Positions 1-8,782 of a DNA stretch of 64,000 nucleotides are shown piece after piece. A program made the translations under genes and the position numbers. The notes under the pieces are model-generated. The model saw only the letters and a list, made by a program, of their open reading frames with translations, searched no databases and was not told the DNA's origin. The stretch lies in the NCBI GenBank assembly GCA_036395755.1, contig DASWCZ010000094.1:13884-77883 (forward strand), given 5' to 3'. Position 1 is the first letter of the stretch, and every line of letters begins with the position of its first letter. This DNA is from Thermoanaerobaculia bacterium (GTDB lineage Bacteria; Acidobacteriota; Thermoanaerobaculia; UBA5066; Gp7-AA6).

Positions 1-1
1 G

Positions 2-292
2 GTGACGGGCCGTGTCCTCGAGGCCGAACGGGTGCCGCGGTCGAACAAGCTCGTGCGGCTGCAGGTCGACCTGGGATCCGAAAAACGCCAGGTCGTCGCC
101 GGCATCGCGAATCGCTACGAGCCGGAAGCGCTCGTGGGGAAGAACGTCGTCATCGTGGCCAACCTGAAACCCGCAAAGCTCATGGGGATCGAGTCCGACG
201 GGATGATCCTCGCGGCAACGGTGGGCGAAGCCCAAGACCCTTCGCTCCTCGAGGTCGCCGCGGACGTTCCGCCGGGGAGCACCGTCAAATAG
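2..292 (+). CDS. metG: methionyl-tRNA synthetase, C-terminal tRNA-binding (EMAP/CsaA-like) domain; 5' partial at window edge
   Basis: Translation (...VAGIANRYEPEALVGKNVVIVANLKPAKLMGIESDGMILAA...) matches the conserved C-terminal tRNA-binding domain of MetRS. The ORF runs off the window start. Confidence 0.75.
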   Translation: MTGRVLEAERVPRSNKLVRLQVDLGSEKRQVVAGIANRYEPEALVGKNVVIVANLKPAKLMGIESDGMILAATVGEAQDPSLLEVAADVPPGSTVK

Positions 293-330
293 CTCCCGCC
301 CGGCTCGCCGACTCGCACTGCCACCTCCAG

Positions 331-1074
331 ATGGCCGACGGCCCGCTGGACGACGTGCTCGCGCGGGCCCGCGGCGCCGGGGTCGAAAGCTTGCTCGTGC
401 CGGGAACCACGGTCGCAGATTCCGCGGATGCCGCGCAGATCGCTGCGACTCACGAAGGCGTTCTCGCCGCGGTCGGCGTCCACCCGCACGAGGCGAAGGG
501 CTTCGAGCCGGATCGGGACGGTCCCGCGCTCGAGACCCTTGCAGCCCGGCCCGAGGTCGCGGCGATCGGCGAGATCGGCCTCGACTTTCACTACGATCTC
601 TCGCCGCGTGAAAGACAGATCGAGGTCCTCGAGTGGATGCTGGACCTCGCGTGGCGTCTCGCGCTGCCGGTCGCCCTGCACAACCGGGAGAGCGGATCCG
701 AGCTCCTCGCGCTTCTTTCCCGACGCGGACCGCGCGAAAACGCGGGCGTCTTCCATTCCTTCACGGAAAGCGCGGAATATGGGAGCAAAGTCCTCAATCT
801 CGGCTTTCGGATCTCGTTCTCCGGGATGATCACGTTCCGGAGCGCGCGCAACATCCGCGAGGCGGCGAAAGGGATTCCGCTCGACGCGTTGCTCGTCGAG
901 ACGGACTCACCGTATCTGGCTCCCGAACCCCACCGCGGCAAGCGCTGCGAACCGGCATTTGTCGTGGAAACCGCGAAGAAGCTGGCGGAGGTGAAAGCGG
1001 TCCCGTTCGACCGTTTGGCGGATGCGACGACTGCGAACTTCGATCGCCTCTTTCGACGACGCGACGCCCCGTGA
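331..1074 (+). CDS. TatD-family metal-dependent hydrolase/DNase
   Basis: TatD motifs: DSHCHL is encoded in-frame at 307-330 just upstream of the first ATG, and GEIGLDFHY, HNRES and ETDSPYL follow. The true start is probably a non-ATG codon overlapping the metG end, so the annotated start is approximate. Confidence 0.8.
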   Translation: MADGPLDDVLARARGAGVESLLVPGTTVADSADAAQIAATHEGVLAAVGVHPHEAKGFEPDRDGPALETLAARPEVAAIGEIGLDFHYDLSPRERQIEVLEWMLDLAWRLALPVALHNRESGSELLALLSRRGPRENAGVFHSFTESAEYGSKVLNLGFRISFSGMITFRSARNIREAAKGIPLDALLVETDSPYLAPEPHRGKRCEPAFVVETAKKLAEVKAVPFDRLADATTANFDRLFRRRDAP

Positions 1075-1442
1075 CGAGCGCGTCCCGCATCCCGCCGCGA
1101 GAGTTCGAGGCGCTCGTCGAAGAGGCGCTCGCCGCGGTCCCTGAACGGTTTCGCCGCTACCTGGAGAACGTCGTCGTGGTCGTGGAGGAGGAGCCCACCG
1201 ACGAGGACTTCGACGAGACCGACACTCCCGACGACCACGAGCTCTTCGGGATATTTCGCGGGGCTCCCTACTTCGAGCGCCAGCGTTTCGTCTCCGACCT
1301 GCCCGCTCAGATCGCCGTCTTCCGCGGCCCGATCCTGCGTTCCTGCGCGACTCGGGGCGAAGCGGTCCGGGAGATTCGCGACACCGTCGTGCACGAGCTC
1401 GGGCATCTGCTCGGGCTCGGGGACGAGGAGATGCCTTACTAG
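1071..1442 (+). CDS. zincin-like metallopeptidase (DUF1025/Zincin_1 family)
   Basis: C-terminal HELGHLLGLGDEEM HExxH motif and ~120 aa size fit the family. A GTG at 1071 overlaps the tatD-family stop. The longer 633..1442 ORF overlaps tatD out of frame and lacks homology in its N-terminus. Confidence 0.6.
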   Translation: MTSASRIPPREFEALVEEALAAVPERFRRYLENVVVVVEEEPTDEDFDETDTPDDHELFGIFRGAPYFERQRFVSDLPAQIAVFRGPILRSCATRGEAVREIRDTVVHELGHLLGLGDEEMPY

Positions 1443-1497
1443 CCGGAAACGCGACTTATCGGATCCGAATCGCCTCTTGTCCGGATACCTGCCGGTT

Positions 1498-3702
1498 TTA
1501 CCGACGCGGGCCGCGGGGTCCCCGGTCGCGATTGGGGTGGCCGGCGTGCTCGCCCTCGCGGCTGCGCCGGTCGTCCTCCTCGGGCCCGACCGGGGCCATG
1601 GCCATCTCGGCTTCGACCTCCTCCTTGGAGAGAGCCTGCTTTCGAGAGAGCTTTATCTTCCCCATCGGGTCGACGGCAATGATCTTGACGGTGACCTCGT
1701 CCCCCTCCTTGACCACGTCCGTCGTCTGCCGGACACGATACGGAGCGAGCTCGGAGATGTGGACGAGCCCGTCCTGACCCGGCAGGATCTCGACGAAGGC
1801 GCCGTACGGCTCCACGCGGCGCACCTTGCCCGTGTAGACCTTCCCGATCTCCGGCTCCTGCGTCAGTCCTTCGATGATCTGGATCGCTCGCAGGGCCGCG
1901 GCCTCGTCGGAAGAAGCGATCGAGACCTTGCCCGAGTCCTCGACGTCGATCTTGCAACCAGTTTCCTCGATGATCGATCGGATCGTCTTCCCTCCCGAGC
2001 CGATGACGTCGCGGATGCGATCTCTCGGGATCTGCATCGTGAAGATCCGGGGCGCATACGGAGAAATGTTCGGCCGCGGCCGGTCGATCGCCGTCGCCAT
2101 CTTCTCCAAGATGTGCAGCCTTCCGACCCGCGCCTGCTCGAGTGCCTGCTCGAGGACCGATCGGGACAGGCCCTGCATCTTGACGTCCATCTGGAGCGCG
2201 GTGATGCCGTCGGCGGAGCCGGCGACCTTGAAGTCCATATCCCCGTAGTGGTCTTCCTGGCCGGCGATATCGGTCAGGATGGCGAACCGGTTTCCGTCGC
2301 CGACGAGCCCCATCGCGACTCCGGCGATCGGGGCCTTGATCGGCACGCCGGCGTCCATCAGTGCGAGCGTCCCGCCGCAGACCGTGGCCATCGACGAAGA
2401 GCCGTTCGACTCGAGGATGTCCGATACGACGCGCACCGTGTAGGGAAACGAGTCCTCGCTCGGGAGCACGGTCGAGAGCGCGCGGCGCGCGAGATTTCCG
2501 TGGCCGATGTCGCGCCGGGACGGTCCCCTCATGAATTTCGTCTCCCCCACGGAAAACGGAGGGAAGTTGTAGTGGAGAAGGAACGTGTGCTCGCTTTCGC
2601 CCTCGTACTCTTCGATGATCTGGGCGTCGTCGGAGGTCCCCAGCGTCGCTGTGACGAGCGCCTGCGTCTCCCCGCGCGTGAAGAGCGCCGATCCGTGCGT
2701 GCGGGGGAGCAGACCCACCTCGACGGAGATCGGCCGGACCTGGTCGAAAGCGCGTCCATCGAGCCGCTTGCTCTCGTTCAGAATCGTCTCGCGGGTCAGG
2801 ATCTTGACGAGGTCGTCGGCGGCGCGCGCGGTCTGGTCGCGCCGCTCGGGCTCGGTCTCGGGCACCATCGAGACCGCCGCCTTCTTGACCGCCTTGATCT
2901 CCGCGTAGGAAGCGATCTTTCCGGGCATGGTCAGGGCCGCCCGCATGGGCGCCTCCCACTGCAGACGGACTTCCGCGAAGACGGCCGGCGGGTACGACTC
3001 GGGCGCCTGCCAGGCCGGCTTATCGAAGCCGCCGCGTTTCTGCAGCTCTTTTTGAGCGGCGACGATCCGGCGGATCGCCTCGTGGCCGAAGAGAATGGCG
3101 TCGAGAATCCTCTGCTCGGAGACCTCCCGGGCGCCCGCCTCGACCATGACGACCGCTTCTTCGGTTCCGGCGACCACGAGGTCGATCTCGGACTTCTCCC
3201 GCTCGGCGTTGGTCGGGTTCAGGACGAACTGCCCGCCGATCGAACCGACGCGCACCGCGCCGATCGGCGAGTAGAACGGAACGCGGGAGCAGGTCAGCGC
3301 GACCGACGCGGCGTTTAAAGCCAGCACGTCCGGATCGTTCTGGCCGTCCGCGGACAGAACGAACGCGATGATCTGGGTTTCGTGGTTGAAGCCTTTCGGA
3401 AAGAGAGGCCGGAGCGGCCGGTCGATCAAACGGGAGGTCAGGATTTCCTTCTCGGTCGGCCGGCCTTCCCGCTTGAACCAGCCCCCGGGGATCCGACCAG
3501 CCGCGTAGGTGTTCTCGCGGTAATCCACCGTCAGCGGGAAGAAATCGGCGTTCTCCTTCGGCTCCTTGGCGAAGACGGCCGTCGCGAGCACGACGCTGTC
3601 GCCGTAACGTACCACGGCGGCGCCGTCCGCCTGTTTCGCGAGCTTTCCAATTTCGATGTCGAGGGATCGGGAGCCCAGAGGGATCGAGGTCTTGTGGATC
3701 AT
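1498..3702 (-). CDS. pnp: polynucleotide phosphorylase (PNPase)
   Basis: 734 aa with two RNase PH domains plus KH and S1 domains. The N-terminus MIHKTSIPLGSRSLDIEIGKLAKQADGAAVVRYGD is canonical PNPase, and it sits downstream of rpsO as in most bacteria. Confidence 0.97.
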   Translation of the reverse strand: MIHKTSIPLGSRSLDIEIGKLAKQADGAAVVRYGDSVVLATAVFAKEPKENADFFPLTVDYRENTYAAGRIPGGWFKREGRPTEKEILTSRLIDRPLRPLFPKGFNHETQIIAFVLSADGQNDPDVLALNAASVALTCSRVPFYSPIGAVRVGSIGGQFVLNPTNAEREKSEIDLVVAGTEEAVVMVEAGAREVSEQRILDAILFGHEAIRRIVAAQKELQKRGGFDKPAWQAPESYPPAVFAEVRLQWEAPMRAALTMPGKIASYAEIKAVKKAAVSMVPETEPERRDQTARAADDLVKILTRETILNESKRLDGRAFDQVRPISVEVGLLPRTHGSALFTRGETQALVTATLGTSDDAQIIEEYEGESEHTFLLHYNFPPFSVGETKFMRGPSRRDIGHGNLARRALSTVLPSEDSFPYTVRVVSDILESNGSSSMATVCGGTLALMDAGVPIKAPIAGVAMGLVGDGNRFAILTDIAGQEDHYGDMDFKVAGSADGITALQMDVKMQGLSRSVLEQALEQARVGRLHILEKMATAIDRPRPNISPYAPRIFTMQIPRDRIRDVIGSGGKTIRSIIEETGCKIDVEDSGKVSIASSDEAAALRAIQIIEGLTQEPEIGKVYTGKVRRVEPYGAFVEILPGQDGLVHISELAPYRVRQTTDVVKEGDEVTVKIIAVDPMGKIKLSRKQALSKEEVEAEMAMAPVGPEEDDRRSREGEHAGHPNRDRGPRGPRR

Positions 3703-3796
3703 GGTCTTTCCTTCTTGTATGGTCGGCCGCCGGTGAAACCGCTCGGCGAGAGAAAGCGCCTGAGTTTCCCTCGCCGGGGAAGGCGAAACGGGCTGT

Positions 3797-3815
3797 CGCC
3801 CGCCCCGGCGGGCGG
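3797..3815 (-). terminator. GC-rich hairpin directly 3' of rpsO in the pnp leader (possible partial terminator or processing site)
   Basis: cgcccgccccggcgggcgg forms a 6-7 bp G/C stem immediately after the rpsO stop codon (3818-3820, minus strand). No clear U-tract follows. Confidence 0.3.
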
Positions 3816-3817
3816 AG

Positions 3818-4093
3818 TTACTTCCGGATGCCGAGGCGCTCGATCAGCCGGTGATAGCGCTCCGGGTCTTCGGACTTCAAATAGTCGAGCAGGCGCCGGC
3901 GGCGCCCGACGAGCTTCAAGAGACCGCGGCGGGAGTGATGGTCCTTCGCGTTCGTCTTGAAGTGCTCGGTCAGGTAGACGATCCGGTTCGTCAGCAGCGC
4001 GACCTGCACCTCGGGCGAGCCCGTGTCGGTGTCGTGGGTACGGTACTGAGAAACGATCGTCGGCTTCTGCGTTCGATGCTCCGTGACGTTCAC
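3818..4093 (-). CDS. rpsO: 30S ribosomal protein S15
   Basis: 91 aa with the ...[40 protein letters not shown]... S15 signature. A GTG start is preceded by GGAGGAG. Confidence 0.95.
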   Translation of the reverse strand: MNVTEHRTQKPTIVSQYRTHDTDTGSPEVQVALLTNRIVYLTEHFKTNAKDHHSRRGLLKLVGRRRRLLDYLKSEDPERYHRLIERLGIRK

Positions 4094-4196
4094 TTCTCCT
4101 CCAACCTTCTCATCTCACACTTTTTTCTCAATCGGACAGCCTAGCACACAGAACATGTTGCGGGGACAGGTCCCGCGGACCTGCACCCGCATCAGC

Positions 4197-5126
4197 TCAT
4201 TCGGCGAGGACGAGCTTCGGTCGAATGAGAGCGATTCCGCGGGTCCCGATCGGGCTGACCTGTCCGAGCGCGACCATCTCGTCGGAAGGTCCGACGAGAG
4301 CCACCCAGTCGCCCTCTTTCGAAGCGACGCCGCGCGCCGGGATCGACTGCCCCTTGCGGATCTTCCAGGTCTCGAGCGAAGCCAGGCGGACGCGCTCGAA
4401 CGGAAAGTGAACGCGCGACAGCGGAACCGCATGCGGCGGTTCCAGGCGCTCGTCCGGCGCCATCTCCTCGAAGCGCTCGAGCGCGACGGCCTCGCTCGCG
4501 TGGAAATCCCCGATGCGCGTGCGACGCAGAGACTCGAGGTGCGCCCCGCAGCCGAGCTTCTCGCCCAGGTCGCTCGCGATCGAGCGGATGTACGTCCCGG
4601 ACGAGCAGGAAATCGAGAACGGCAGCTTCCCGTGGGACATTTCGCCGAAGGAGAGCTCCCGGACGCGGACCTTCTTCGGAATCACGGGAACGCTCTCGCC
4701 TTTTCGCGCCATCTCGTAGAACTTGCGTCCACCGACCTTTTTCGCCGAATACGGCGGCGGCGACTGTAGAAACTCGCCGCGAAAGGAGTCCGCGGCCGCC
4801 TCGACCTCTTCGCGCCGCAACCCGGCGGAGTCGCGCTCGGGACCGACGGCCTGGCCTTCGCGATCGAAGGTCGTCGTCGCGCGGCCGAGCCGGATGACCC
4901 CCTCGTAGGACTTGTCCATCAGCGTGAAAAAGCCTTGCAGCCTCGCCGCCTCCCCGGCGCACAGAAGCAGGAGGCCCGTCGCCATCGGGTCGAGCGTTCC
5001 GCTGTGGCCGATGCGGGGAAGCGAGAGCGCCCGGCGCACGCGTTCGACGACGTCGTGGGAGGTGAGCCCGGTCGGCTTGTCGAGGAGAAACAGGAAGCCG
5101 CGGCGAAACGGTTCGGCGGCTCTCAT
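4197..5126 (-). CDS. truB: tRNA pseudouridine(55) synthase
   Basis: LLLDKPTGLTSHDVV and HSGTLDPMATGLLLLC motifs (the latter carrying the catalytic Asp) identify TruB. The C-terminus has a PUA-like region. Confidence 0.93.
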   Translation of the reverse strand: MRAAEPFRRGFLFLLDKPTGLTSHDVVERVRRALSLPRIGHSGTLDPMATGLLLLCAGEAARLQGFFTLMDKSYEGVIRLGRATTTFDREGQAVGPERDSAGLRREEVEAAADSFRGEFLQSPPPYSAKKVGGRKFYEMARKGESVPVIPKKVRVRELSFGEMSHGKLPFSISCSSGTYIRSIASDLGEKLGCGAHLESLRRTRIGDFHASEAVALERFEEMAPDERLEPPHAVPLSRVHFPFERVRLASLETWKIRKGQSIPARGVASKEGDWVALVGPSDEMVALGQVSPIGTRGIALIRPKLVLAE

Positions 5127-5488
5127 GGCTCCTCTTCGCGTCCCGGCAGCACCCGTGAGAGCAGCTCGTCGATCCGCGCGCCCCGGTCGTAGGAGCGGTC
5201 CGGCTCGAAGAAGAGCTCCGGCGCGTAGCGCAGCCCGCAGCGCCGGCCGACCTCGCGCCGCAGAAACCCGGCCGCGCGCGCGAGCCCCGCGCCCGCACGG
5301 TCGAGGGCCGCTTCGTCGCCGTGGGCCGTGAAGAACACCCGGGCGGACTTCAGGTCCGACGGCATCTCGACGTCCGTGATCGTGACGGTCTTGACGTCCG
5401 GGTCGTGCGCTTCGATCAAGAGAAGACTCGAGATCTCCGCTCGGACGAGATCGGCAACGCGCTGGCTGCGGCGGGAATCTTTCTTCAC
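5123..5488 (-). CDS. rbfA: ribosome-binding factor A
   Basis: 121 aa with N-terminal RSQRVADLVRAEIS and a KH-like fold signature. Its 3' end overlaps the truB start by 4 nt, indicating translational coupling. Confidence 0.9.
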   Translation of the reverse strand: MKKDSRRSQRVADLVRAEISSLLLIEAHDPDVKTVTITDVEMPSDLKSARVFFTAHGDEAALDRAGAGLARAAGFLRREVGRRCGLRYAPELFFEPDRSYDRGARIDELLSRVLPGREEEP

Positions 5489-5502
5489 GCGGCCCTCCGA
5501 GC

Positions 5503-5603
5503 TGTCATTCCGAGGGCCGCAGGCCCGAGGAATCTCTTCCTCGGAAAGGGAGGGATCCCTCGCGGAGCCTGTCCCGAGCGAAGGCGAGGGACTCGGGAGG
5601 ACA
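5503..5603. repeat. copy A of a dispersed GC-rich REP/MITE-like intergenic element
   Basis: TGTCATTCCGAGGG...CCCGAGGAATC...GAGGGATCCCTCGCGGAGCCTGTCCCGAGCGAAGGCGAGGGACTCGGGAGGACA. It is nearly identical in architecture to 20021-20099 and, inverted, to 24241-24284. It fills the DUF503-rbfA intergenic gap. Confidence 0.7.
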
Positions 5604-5614
5604 TGGAGAGAGAC

Positions 5615-5902
5615 CTACACATGAATGAACTCATTCCTGTAATTCAGCAGCTCGCCGTCGAGATTCTGTTCCACGAAACTCAAGATCTTCTGCAGGAGGG
5701 CGTCGAGCGGCTTCTCATCCGGGCCGACCGCGGCGACCGCCAGCTCGGCTCTTTCCAGGAGATCCTGCCCGCCGACCTCCGATGCGGAGACCTCGAACTG
5801 GTTTCGGAGCCGACTCTTCAAGCTCTGGACGATCATCCGCTTTTCCTTCAGCCCGCGGCAGCCGGGCAGGTGAAGGTCGAAGACGGCGTAAGCGAGAACC
5901 AT
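5615..5902 (-). CDS. DUF503 family protein (YlxP-like)
   Basis: 95 aa small protein. Its position between infB and rbfA matches the conserved nusA-infB-ylxP-rbfA arrangement. Confidence 0.7.
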   Translation of the reverse strand: MVLAYAVFDLHLPGCRGLKEKRMIVQSLKSRLRNQFEVSASEVGGQDLLERAELAVAAVGPDEKPLDALLQKILSFVEQNLDGELLNYRNEFIHV

Positions 5903-5944
5903 GGTTCAGCGAAGCGGAGCGGGACGATTACGAGCCCGTCTTTC

Positions 5945-8773
5945 TCAGGCTTCCATCACTCCGGCGACCTTGTCGACCTGGTATGCCTCGATCACGTCGC
6001 CCACCTTGACGTCCTGGTAACGGTCGAGAGCGATGCCGCACTCGAAGCCCTGCCGGACCTCCGAGACGTCGTCCTTGAAGCGCCGCAGAGAAGCGACCTT
6101 CCCCTCGTAGATCACGCGGTTGTCCCGCAGCAGCCGGACCTGGGAAGAGCGTCCGATCGAACCCTCGGTGACGTAGCAGCCCGCCGCGATGCCGAACTTC
6201 GGGACCTTGAACGTGTTCCGGACCTCGGCGCGACCCCGGGCGACCTCTTTCAACGTGGGTTCGAGCAGTCCTTCCATCGCCTTCCGGATCTCGTCGGTCA
6301 CGTTGTAGATGATCGTGTGGAGGCGCAGCTCGACGCCGCTCTTGTCCGCCTCCGCCTCGGCCTTCTTCTCCGGCCGTACGTTGAATCCGACGATGATCGC
6401 TCCGGAAGCGGACGCGAGCAGGACGTCATTGATGTTGATCGCGCCGACGCCGACGTGGAGGAGCGAGACCTTCACCTTCTCGTTGGACAGATTCTTCAGG
6501 GCCTGCGACAGGACCTCGGCCGAGCCGGCGACGTCGGCCTTGACGATCAGAGGCAGCTCCTTGATGCGTCCTTCCTGGATCTTGTTGAAGAGCTGGTCGA
6601 GCGAGAGCTTCTGGCTCGCGGCCATCGCCTTCTCGCGTTCCCGAAGCTGGCGGAAAGAGGCGACCGAGCGCGCTTTGGCCTCGTCCGGAACGACCTGGAA
6701 CGTGTCGCCGGCCTGCGGAAGGTCCTCGAAGCCGGTCACCTCGACCGGCGTCGCGGGGCCCGCGTCCGTCAGGCGGTCGCCACGGTCGTCGGTCATCGAG
6801 CGGACGCGGCCGAACACCGATCCGGCGAAGAAGACGTCTCCGACGCGCAAGGTCCCGGACTGGACGAGCACCGTCGCCACGTTGCCCCGCCCCGCTTCGA
6901 CCCTCGCCTCGAGCACCACGCCCCGGGCCTCCTCGGCGACGGAAGCGGTCAACTCCTGCAGGTCCGCGACGATCAGGATCAGCTCGAGCAGCTGGTCGAT
7001 CCCCTGCTTTTTGAGCGCCGAGATTTCCGCCGAGGGAACCTCGCCCCCCCACGACTCGAGGAGGACTCCGTGGTCCGCAAGCTCTTTACGGACCCGATCG
7101 GCGTTGGCGTTCGCCTTGTCGATCTTGTTGATTGCGACCACGATCGGAACCTTCGCGGCGCGGGCGTGGTCGATCGCTTCGACGGTCTGCGGCATCACTC
7201 CGTCGTCCGCCGCGACGACGAGCACGACGATGTCCGTGGCCCGGGCTCCGCGCGCGCGCATCGAGGTGAACGCCTCATGACCGGGAGTATCGAGGAAGAC
7301 GATCGGCCGGCCATGGACTTCGACGCGGTAGGCCCCGATGTGCTGGGTGATGCCTCCCGCCTCTCCTTCGGCGACCTTGGTCTGGCGGATCGCGTCTAAG
7401 AGTGATGTTTTCCCGTGATCGACGTGGCCCATCACGGTTACGACCGGCGCGCGGGGCGACCGGGCGACCGTCGTCACCGGAGCAATTTCCGCGCTTTCCG
7501 GCGCGGTTCGCGCGAGCTCGAGCTCCTCTTCGAACGAGACGACCGCGGCTTCGACGCCGACCTCCTTGGCGATCTGGATGGCGGTCGACGCATCAAGGGT
7601 CTGGTTTACAGTCGCGAGGATTCCCCGCTGCATGAGCAGTCGCTGAATGTCTTTCGCGAGGACGCCGAGCTTTTCGGAGAGCTCCTTGACCGTGACGCCC
7701 TCCGACAGGAAGATCGGGCCGGTCGGCATCGGCTTCTTGAACTCGAGCAGCTTGCCCGAATCGTGCGCGCGCGTCGACTTGGCCGCGCGACGCAGCGCGG
7801 ACTTGGAGACCGGTTTCGCCTCGGCGACGGTCTCGACCTCTTCGGCCCCCTCCGTCTTCTCGATGAGCGGAAGGGTGATGTCGGAGTAGGTGTCTTCCTC
7901 GTACGCGCCGACGAACTCCCGCAGATCGACTTCGTCCGCGACGGTGATCTTCGGCTTCGCCCCGCGCTTCGCGGCGGGCTTCTTGGTGTCCTTCTCGTCT
8001 TCCTTCTTGCGTTTCGTTCCGGCGCGCTCGGCGACGAGCGGCGGGGCCGCGGGCCGAGCGGGGCCCATGCCCGGTCTCGCGCCCGGTCCGGGACGCCCGG
8101 CGAGTCCGGTCGGGCGCAGCGGTGCGCCGGCCGGCCGCATCCCCGGGCCGCCGGGAGTCGGGCGATAGACCGAAGGAGCCGGCCGCCCCGGGCTTCCCGA
8201 AGCGGGCCCCATCGGTCTCGACGGACCCGTCGGACGCATGGCGGGAGAACCCGGCCCGGCGCCGGCGCGGGCCATTGCCGGCGGGCCGCTCGGGCCGAGA
8301 GGTCTTCCCGCCGCAGGCCGCGGGGGAGGCAGCACGATCTTGCGGGGAAGAGCCGGCTTGGCGGGCGGCTCGGGTTCCGGCTCGGAAGGCACGACCGCGG
8401 TGCGGGCCGGTTCCGCCGGCTTCGCGCGGGCCTCCGGCGTCGTCGGCGGCGCAGGCGCGGCGGCGGGACCCGAAGCGGGACGGCGGACGACGGGCTCTGC
8501 CTCCGGCTCCGGACGAGCCGGGGCGGTCTTCTCCACGATCTTGATCCGGGAGAGCGCGCTCTTCTGTGGCCGGAAGGCCTTCGATTCGCTGTCCCGGACG
8601 ATCAGCTGTTTGGGGGCGTGGGTCTTGCCCTGGAGGATGGCCAAGACCGTCGACTCGTCGAGCGCCGCCTGCGGCGATTTGACGTCCACCCCGATCGACT
8701 GGAGCAGGAAGAGAACTTCCTTGCTCCCGATCCCCATCTGCGCGGCGAGCTCTTCGACCCGAATCTTTCCCAT
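5945..8773 (-). CDS. infB: translation initiation factor IF-2
   Basis: 942 aa with a Pro/Ala/Gly-rich N-terminal linker and a GTPase domain (VVTVMGHVDHGKTSLLD, DTPGHEAF, NKIDK). The C-terminal domains are conserved IF-2. Confidence 0.97.
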   Translation of the reverse strand: MGKIRVEELAAQMGIGSKEVLFLLQSIGVDVKSPQAALDESTVLAILQGKTHAPKQLIVRDSESKAFRPQKSALSRIKIVEKTAPARPEPEAEPVVRRPASGPAAAPAPPTTPEARAKPAEPARTAVVPSEPEPEPPAKPALPRKIVLPPPRPAAGRPLGPSGPPAMARAGAGPGSPAMRPTGPSRPMGPASGSPGRPAPSVYRPTPGGPGMRPAGAPLRPTGLAGRPGPGARPGMGPARPAAPPLVAERAGTKRKKEDEKDTKKPAAKRGAKPKITVADEVDLREFVGAYEEDTYSDITLPLIEKTEGAEEVETVAEAKPVSKSALRRAAKSTRAHDSGKLLEFKKPMPTGPIFLSEGVTVKELSEKLGVLAKDIQRLLMQRGILATVNQTLDASTAIQIAKEVGVEAAVVSFEEELELARTAPESAEIAPVTTVARSPRAPVVTVMGHVDHGKTSLLDAIRQTKVAEGEAGGITQHIGAYRVEVHGRPIVFLDTPGHEAFTSMRARGARATDIVVLVVAADDGVMPQTVEAIDHARAAKVPIVVAINKIDKANANADRVRKELADHGVLLESWGGEVPSAEISALKKQGIDQLLELILIVADLQELTASVAEEARGVVLEARVEAGRGNVATVLVQSGTLRVGDVFFAGSVFGRVRSMTDDRGDRLTDAGPATPVEVTGFEDLPQAGDTFQVVPDEAKARSVASFRQLREREKAMAASQKLSLDQLFNKIQEGRIKELPLIVKADVAGSAEVLSQALKNLSNEKVKVSLLHVGVGAININDVLLASASGAIIVGFNVRPEKKAEAEADKSGVELRLHTIIYNVTDEIRKAMEGLLEPTLKEVARGRAEVRNTFKVPKFGIAAGCYVTEGSIGRSSQVRLLRDNRVIYEGKVASLRRFKDDVSEVRQGFECGIALDRYQDVKVGDVIEAYQVDKVAGVMEA

Positions 8774-8782
8774 CGAGCTGGA

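Noticed and set aside
633-1442. 269-aa ORF extending the zincin-like gene upstream
   Set aside because: Its first 145 codons overlap the TatD-family gene in another frame and show no homology. A GTG at 1071 gives a protein of the expected about 120 aa for this family.
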